A stretch of DNA of 64,000 nt from Octopus vulgaris (taxonomy: Eukaryota): assembly GCA_951406725.2 (NCBI GenBank), contig OX597822.1, forward strand, positions 4,216,001 through 4,280,000, written 5' to 3'. The notes under the pieces were generated by a model. That model searched no databases. It worked only from the letters and a program-made list of their open reading frames with translations, and had not been told where the DNA came from. Positions 55,913 through 64,000 of the stretch are shown here, one piece after another; the stretch's first letter is position 1, and each line of letters starts with the position of its first letter. Position numbers and translations under genes: made by a program.

Positions 55913-56212
55913 AGTTCTATATTTAAGAGATGAAGAATTATGTACATTATTTACATTATTTACATTTGACGGATATTTGTCCCCATCTTGTTTGTTTCAG
56001 CCTTCTTCAGGTGTCTTCGGGAAATTTCGAACCTGGCTTCTCATTCCTAAGATATTTTTCGATGTTGTTGTTGTTGTTATTATTATTATTGTTACTATTA
56101 TTATTATTATTAAATTTTATTATTATTATTATTATTCAGGTCTCTGCCTGGAATCGAACTTGGAATCTTGGGTTTAGTAGCCCGCGCTCTTAACCACTAC
56201 GCCATATGCCCG
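55913..56212 (-). mobile_element. tRNA-headed SINE with internal (AAT)n
   Basis: Head GGGCATATGGCGTAGTGGTTAAGAGCGC...AGTTCGATTCC (A and B boxes); interrupts the RLE LINE between RPDVV and IEVSC. Confidence 0.8.
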
Positions 56213-56577
56213 TCATAGAGGTCAGCTGTTCTGCTGACGTAAATATTACTTTGATAACTACGGACAACCTCCGGCTTTTATATCCGGATTACAGATTTAC
56301 ATTAATACCAATAATTGGAGCACTTGGTTTTGTATGTCAGTCTGGATAAGCTTGTATTTTCAGAAAAGGAAATCAACCAGTTGATTAGCACATTACAAAT
56401 ACAATCTGTAAGCGGAACAATAAAACTATACAATACTTTTCTCGGATTTAAAATGTGGCATTGTTTTCGTTATTTACATTCCAATAATGGGGCTTCGTAT
56501 CTTTGTTAGAAACCAGTTCCTTCTTCAAAGGAAGAATTTAAACTATTAGATATAGAAAAGACATATGTGTGTGTGTA

Positions 56578-56592
<15 letters not shown>

Positions 56593-56608
<16 letters not shown>

Positions 56609-56820
56609 GATTGTTCCTTCTCGAGCCACGCCTGGCTCATAAGGACCGGTTTCCCGGTTTCTTGGCGTATAGGTTCCCCACCTGGACGGGACGCCGCTCA
56701 GTCGCAGGTGAGCTGCAAGATGCAGGAGGAAAGAGTGAGAGAAAGTTGTGGCGAATGAGTCAGCAGAAGTTCCCCATTACTTTCTGCCGGAGCCGCGTGA
56801 AGCTTAGGTGTTTCGCACAT
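56593..56820 (-). mobile_element. 5'-truncated SINE, C central block + tail V
   Basis: Matches 1725-1930. Confidence 0.75.
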
Positions 56821-56835
56821 AATATATATATATAT

Positions 56836-56886
<51 letters not shown>

Positions 56887-56954
56887 TAATGCAATACTAG
56901 AGTATTGCTTTCCAGTAAATATCGGTACTTCGTTGTGCCATATATTCACTCCTT

Positions 56955-56987
<33 letters not shown>

Positions 56988-57489
56988 TAGGTAGATGAAA
57001 CTAAAACTGTAGCTTCAAATTTCTTCTTTCTATTCTTGTTTCCGCTGCTTCAGTACAATATGCCTATTAAATTGTAAGTACTTAGATATCTTCATCATAT
57101 AACGTGCGAAGGTGTCCAAAAAAATCCCCATACGTTTAATGGCGAACCCTTTCAAACTATGATATGATCAATGCTCATATGGCTTTAACATTTCTGCCAG
57201 AAAATCAGAAATAGCCTGCAATGCCGAAAATATAGTATTTTTGATATACAAAAATGAAAATACTTAAGGTTGTAGAAGTCTTCAACCAACGGAAGAATAT
57301 TCGTTAGCTTTACTTATGTAAGAAACACTCGGTTCTGTTCTGTTTGTTCTAAACTGGAAGTAGCCTCAGTGGCGCTTCAGAACTAAAAAAGCCGACTTTT
57401 CAGACGGAAACAAAGAAAATAGAAACTCGCCAAACTTTTTAAAACGCCAACGTAGAATCCGCAAATATTTTTCTCTATTTTAAAAACTA

Positions 57490-57519
57490 ATAGACAGACA
57501 GACTGACAGACAGACAGAC

Positions 57520-57596
<77 letters not shown>

Positions 57597-57597
57597 C

Positions 57598-57682
<85 letters not shown>

Positions 57683-57691
57683 CAGACAGGC

Positions 57692-57765
<74 letters not shown>
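57490..57765. repeat. (GATA)n/(GACA)n microsatellite
   Basis: Direct inspection. Confidence 0.95.
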
Positions 57766-59466
57766 TTTATACACAATAATGATTTGGATGATATTTTAAA
57801 ATCATATTTACGTTGATCTTTAAATATCCGAAACTCCTAACGACAGCCATGTGCCGACAGTTCTGCTATTCCAAGCAACCAATGATATTACAGGACTTAT
57901 CAGTTTTTCTTTTATTTCCTTTTTTTTTATCAGGATTGGATTCTTATTTATAACACTTTTCAGAAGGATAAATCTAAAGTCACTGTTCTAAAGTTTCCGC
58001 TAAATAATGTATAAATATGTGATAATGTATAAACATGTGCGTGAGTGTGTGTGTATGTATGTATGTGTGTGAGTATGTGTGTGTATGTGTTTGTGCGTAG
58101 TTCAACTATATATAATACACGCATATATATTAATATTTTAGCTGTATAAATAAATATATATATATACATACATGCACATATACACATTTATTATACACAT
58201 ATGTTTCAATATTTAAGCTATCATACACACACACGAACAGAAGTGTGTGTGTGTGTGTGCCCATGTTTTTTAATGTATATGTTTGGACACTTAATGGTGG
58301 AGGAACTCTGTTATACTGTCTGTTCTTGTGTGACTATCTGCCTGCGTGTATATATGATCTTGCGTAACATAGCTTTTATTATTTCTTATGTGCGTGTTTA
58401 CGGGAACTTACGATTTTGTATATATACGTGAGGGTGTATAAGTAGTAGTGTGTGTGTATACGTGTGTGTGCGTATAAGTATGCGTGTGTGTGTGAGTGTG
58501 TGTTGAAATATAATGATAGAAATTGGAGGTTGCTGCTTAATAATTGCTAAGTCAGCTGAATTGCGTGATAAATGCCAGCATTACGTAAGATATTGACTAA
58601 CAAATGTCAACAGTGAACAATACAAGCTACCAAATATCTTCGTCCTTCCTACCCTACCAGCCAACGAAAATACAAAATGATGAGGAGGAGGAGGTGGAGG
58701 AAGGTGCAAACGAGTTGGAGAAGCGGTGGCGTCGGCGGAGGAGAAGAAGAAGGGGGAGGGAGGTTATGGGGAGGAGGAGGTGCAGCAGCAGCAGGAGGAG
58801 CAGGAGCAGGAGTGAGCGGAGGAAATGGCGGATTTAGATCAGCAGATGGACTATTCGGTAAAGTTGCCGGACAAGAATGCTTTGTGGTTTTTAGTGTTGG
58901 CAAATTCATTTATTTGGTTCGCGCGTTCAAATCCAGCGGTGTTTCGAGCAATTCGAACTTAGCACCTATTTTTTAAAGTCTGGGATTTATGCACTCAGAC
59001 ACTTTTGCCAAAGCGTTCGGTTACGGGGACATAACCAAATCAACATCGATTGTGTCAAGCGGTATGGAGAACAAACACAATGACGCACATACATATATAC
59101 ATATATATATATGTATATAGGACAGACCTCTGCACAGTTTCCATCGAACCAAATTCGCTCTCAAGGTATTGGTCAGCCCCGGGCTTTAGTAAAAGATATT
59201 TGTCCAAGATACCGCGCCATGCGAGTGAATCCGACACAGACATGCCTAGACCTAAATTAACGCCATTCCCATGCTTGAAATCGCATCCGGGCTTCCTGGC
59301 TATGAGGCATACATACATACGTACATACATACATACACACATACATACATACATACATACATACATGCATACATACATACATACATACATATATACATAC
59401 ATACATACATACATACATACATACATACATACATACATACATACATACATGTACATACATAAATAC

Positions 59467-59860
59467 TAGAGATACTCAAAAGTAACCGGTAACGTACTAT
59501 GTGGGACAAACCCGTTGCAGTTCAGACTTCCGCCGCTAGAAGCCACTTGATGCAACCCTCAGGCATCAGTCTGCCGACCGGCGTCCTCCCCTGCGGTCGT
59601 GCTGCCACGTTGAACGTCTTTGTTTTGCAGTGCTTCTTCCCTGTTCGTCGGTTTTTGCGATGGTTGAAACGAAGGAACAGGGTGCTTCCGTGAAATTCTG
59701 TTTTCTGCTGGGGAAAACTGCAGCCGAACCAGTTGTCATACTTCAAACAGCTTAGAGGAACACTGCCAAAAGCAAAACACAAGTTTAAGAGTAGTTTTCA
59801 GGCTTTAGGAATGGTCATTTGTTGCTTGAAGACCATCCTCATTCAGGACGACCATCACCA
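59467..59860 (+). mobile_element. mariner 5' fragment
   Basis: VKFCFLLGKTAAE...SKTQV-E-FSGFRNG...LEDHPHSGRPS is a mariner N-terminal HTH with GRP motif. Confidence 0.75.
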
Positions 59861-59864
59861 ATGG

Positions 59865-61064
59865 TAAGACACTGCTCCCATCGCTCTATGCATCTGTGAA
59901 GACATCGTCTGTAGAAGTCGGTAGGTTGCGTCTGGAGCCAAGACTTTACTTCAGAAATAAATTCTTCATCATCCGAAGAGTGCTTTCCCCTTCCAAAATG
60001 GCTTCATGGTTGCAAAGACGTGCAAGTCAGATGGTGCGAGGTTGGGAGAGTAAGGAGGATGAAGAAGGATTTCATAGCTTCAGGGGTGTGCTTTCATCTC
60101 GGCAACATGCGCATTGTGAACTAAGGTGTTGTCTTGGAGGATGCGGACTCCTTTGGTCAGCATGCCATGCCTCTCTGCTTTGATGGCGTCCCACAATTTC
60201 TGCAACGGAAAAGCATAATATTCCTCATTAATCGTGGTGCCATTTGCCAGAATATCCATCATCGCTACTTCGCGCTGATCCCAAAAGACTGAGCATCACC
60301 TTGTCTGCTGAGGGTTGGACACGAGCCTTCTTTGGAGATAATGAGTTATCATGCTTCCATTGCTTCGACTGGACTTTTGTCTCAGGATCATAGTGATGGA
60401 CCCATGTTTCATTCTGTGTGATAAGTCTACCGAAAAAGTCCTCTTCGTTTTCTTGGCACATTGCCAAAAGAGCCTGGAAGCAATTGACTCGTTCTTGCTT
60501 CTGAAAAGGTGTGCGCATCCGAGGATCCATCGTGCAGACAACTTCCACATGTGAAAATGGTCGTGAATGATTTTTTTTCCACGGACCCCTAACTTATCTT
60601 CACTTCCTGCACTAGTTGCCGAATAGTAATATAGCTATTCTCCAAAATGACGGCTTTCATTTTATGGATGGCGTCGTCATCAATGGCGGAATGTGGTCGT
60701 CCAGCAATAGGAGCGGTTTTCACCGATGTCCTACTACATTTGAACGGACGATGCCAGTGCTTGACTACGTCTTATGACGGTGCATCATCACCACAAACGT
60801 CTTTCATTTTCATCAAAAGTTTCTTTTTGTGCACGACCTTTCAAGTATAAGAACCTGATCACTGATCTGCATTCAGCTGCCTCCATTATAACACTTTAGT
60901 CCACTTCAGCAGCCGTAATAAACAAACGAATACTAGTCGAAAGCAGCAATTTACAATGTGACATGTGGTGACATGTAGAGACGTATGATTATACCTGTAC
61001 AAGTTCCGTTTCCTGCAATAACCCGGATGGAGGTACAGGAGAAATCTTTAATGAACACCCCTCG
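59865..61064 (-). mobile_element. Degenerate near-full-length mariner element
   Basis: ITQNETWVHHYDPETKVQSKQW, TINEEYY, ILQDN motifs; terminal CGAGGGGTGTTCATTAAAG. Confidence 0.9.
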
Positions 61065-61074
61065 TGAGTGTGTG

Positions 61075-61107
<33 letters not shown>

Positions 61108-61319
61108 ATGTGTGTGTGTGTGTATGTGTGTATGTGTGTGTATGTATACACGTTAGTATCGAACAATAAAAATGAGTACTCAGTGCCACATTGGTGAGTG
61201 AATATTCATTTGTGGATGGACAAGGCAACCATTGGTTTCATGAGAAGCGATCTTCACAATTTTTAAAGCGTACTACAAGGAAGTGTTAGTATCCGTCTCC
61301 ATTCGGGACGAGAATTTGC

Positions 61320-61657
61320 GTATGTGTATGTGTGTATGTGTGTGTGAGTGAGTGAGTGATTGAGTGAGTGATTGAGTAAGTGAGTGAGTGAGTGAGTGAG
61401 TGAATGGGTGAGTGAGTGAATGGGTGAGTGAGTGAGTGAGTGAGTGAGTAAGTGAGTGAATGGGTGAGTGAGTGAATGGGTGAGTGAGTGAGTGAGTGAG
61501 TGAGTGAGTGAGAGAGAGAGTGTGCGTGCGTGTGTGTGTGTGTATGTGGGTGTGAATGAGTGAGTGATTGAGTGATTGAGTAAGTGAGTGAATGGGTGAT
61601 TGAGTGAGTGATTGAGTGTGTGAATGGGTGAGTGAGTGAGTGAGTGTGTGTGCGTGC

Positions 61658-61745
<88 letters not shown>
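61320..61745. repeat. (GAGT)n-derived compound microsatellite then (GT)n
   Basis: Direct inspection. Confidence 0.95.
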
Positions 61746-61746
<1 letters not shown>

Positions 61747-63224
61747 GTTTGTGTGTGAGTATTTGAACTTGTATGAAGGCATGAGTGTGTAAGTATCCAC
61801 GACAGGCTTTCACAAGTTCTCCACCTTGGAAATTCTTTCACAAAGCATCGGTCGGTTCAAGTCTATAGTAGGAAGCATTTGCCCAAGGGGCTGAGAAGTG
61901 ACATTGAAGTCGAAACCACTCGGTTCAACCACTTCTTAGCTATGCCTGCGACTCATTAGTATCGAATTATTCCTGCTTATATATGTGCATTTGCTTACTC
62001 TTAGAATGATAGGAACACAATTTGCTGCAAATAATTACCTCTCTTAGAACTAGTTACGATGTCACGCTCTTTCACTACGAATCATTATTCACGCACAAGC
62101 AGAATCGAAAACAAAACAAAATCGAAAAGAGAGCGCATTAGGTGTATTGATAATATCTTACATGATGTCAACGAATTTACAGACAAGTATTAAGCTAAGA
62201 AATTGCAAGTCCTGTCCTTCACAACTTCGCTTCCTACCTTCAATCCGCAATCCCAATTGATTAAGATGTGGCTGAAAGATCGTTTGTTTGGCTTTTCATT
62301 CGTTTCTTTCTTTTAGTTTCTTCTTTCTTTTCCTTTATATACATTTTTTTCCCTGTTTGCTCTAGCACTCAGTTCAGAATAGGTTGAACCATGTTATAAA
62401 CTGTTTCTAATAATGATATATCGATCGTTTGTCTGATATTGGAGTTTTAATTAAAGCCCCCATCGCAACTGTGGGTAGCGTTCTGGTTCATTTCCTGCGT
62501 CTGACACGTTCCATATCTGATCTGATGGCGGCTGGGTGTTATAGCTTAGTCACCTTTGTATTTGTGTATCTTGAAGGACAAACAACCATCTTTGCCGTAT
62601 GCATAAGCGCGATATTAAATATACCAGCTTTTGTAAACAACCAAACAGTAATATATGCATGCATACTTATACATACATACGTACATACGTACATACATAT
62701 AATACATATATAAATGAGTCCATATATATATATATATATACATACATACATAAATACGCACATACATACATAAGTGCATACGTGCATATATGAATATTAC
62801 ATATATACATATATTCATACAAGAGTGCATATATACGCACACATACGAATATATTAAATATATATATACACATACATATACATATATATACGTATACATA
62901 AATACATATTTATATATATATATATATATATATAATAATGCACGCACATACATATACACATAAATACATACATACATACATGCATGCATACATACATAAT
63001 ACATACATGCATGCATACATACATACATGCATGCATACATACATACATGCATACATACATACATACATCGTATGGATTTCTTCATATAAATGAAATCGAT
63101 ACAATGTAAATAAAACACATCTTGGTTCCGTTGTGCAGTTTCTTAATTGATTCTTGATAATAAAAGTTGCTAGAAAGTGATGAGCTGTCAAAATCTTATC
63201 GCATTGAACAAAATGTTATGTAAT

Positions 63225-63590
63225 ATTTCTTCCGCTTTTACGTTCTGAGTTCAAATTCCACCGAGGTCGACTTTGCCTATTATACTTTCGGGTCGATGAA
63301 ATAAGTACCAATCGACTAGTCCCTTCATCCAAATTTCAGACCGTCTGATTTTAGTAGAAATGATTGATGTCTCTGCCGCAGTCGTCTGCGGCGGCAGCGG
63401 CTCGGTTGCAGCGGCTCGGCGGCGGCGCGGGCAAGATGGTTAACAGCATTTCGTCCATCTTCACATTCTGAGTTCATATTCCGCTGAGGTCCATTTTGCC
63501 TTTCATTCTTTCTGTTAAGAATTGGGGTCGATGTAATTGACTTAACCCTTTTTTCTAAAATTACTAGCCTTGTGCCAAAATTTGAAACCC
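63225..63590 (+). mobile_element. Two degenerate B1 SINE fragments
   Basis: GTTCTGAGTTCAAATTCC...GTCGACTTTGCC body; CCTTGTGCCAAAATTTGAAA tail. Confidence 0.65.
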
Positions 63591-64000
63591 TTACTATCAT
63601 CATCATCATTTGTTGTTGTTATTATTATTATCATTATTATTATTATTATTATTATTTATCCTCATCGTCAACATCATACTCGCTCTTGACCGAGTAAGAC
63701 CTGTTTTCCTGTCCCGACTACTGCTGAAAGTTCGACCCTTTAGGAGATTTAGGGATTATTATTGAACAGTTCTGCTGTCGATCCAGTTTCTTACACCAAG
63801 AAACAGCATCCGAACTACCACTACCACGACAGTCAGTATCACTTCCAGCGATATATTGGATAACAATATAGTTAGACCATTGAATATATTAAGATTTGAG
63901 AAGGGGAATTAGAATGCGAGAGAACAAGGCTGTAATGCCAGTGTAGTCTTATCTCAAGGCGCTTAAAAAAACCCTAGAAGCATGAACTATAATAGGAGTA

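Larger units (their letters stand above)
54810..56560 (+). mobile_element. R4/Dong-like (restriction-like endonuclease) LINE 3' half with two nested insertions
   Basis: VDRLCLRRDNGGRGL, EGYAFAIQEQEI, WRLC...ITHVISSCP...RHD, KHNRPDVV, IEVSC, PIIIGALG motifs in order. Confidence 0.85.

Noticed and set aside
58604-58976. Gly/Arg/Pro-rich ORFs over a GGA-rich tract
   Set aside because: Purine-rich simple repeat; open frames on both strands reflect low complexity and no exon structure is evident

Overview
AT-rich, repeat-saturated eukaryotic (animal) DNA with no recognisable host protein-coding exon. The SINE repertoire and very high microsatellite density resemble an octopod cephalopod genome (inference, not database-checked). 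Nearly all ORFs in the supplied track are microsatellite read-throughs. Supportable content: two identical tRNA-Ala(AGC) genes in an inverted duplication; many tRNA-derived SINEs in several modular families; two Tx1/L1-like LINE copies; remnants of R4/Dong-like, RTE, Tc1, mariner and hAT elements; MITEs; a Helitron-like element; and many (TA)n-associated Penelope-like short elements with minimal hammerhead-ribozyme motifs and fold-back palindromes. Most notable: a Tx1-like LINE (6001-8997) splits a SINE exactly at GCTTAGC^GGTATTTCGTC. A SINE subfamily carrying a Tx1-like 3' tail is joined to that same site four more times and once to a look-alike non-SINE site. A related Tx1-like LINE sits inside a (TATC)n array. 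Together this suggests a sequence-specific LINE/SINE system that targets its own SINE. All alignments were made by eye; family labels A, B1, B2, C, D are my own working names.
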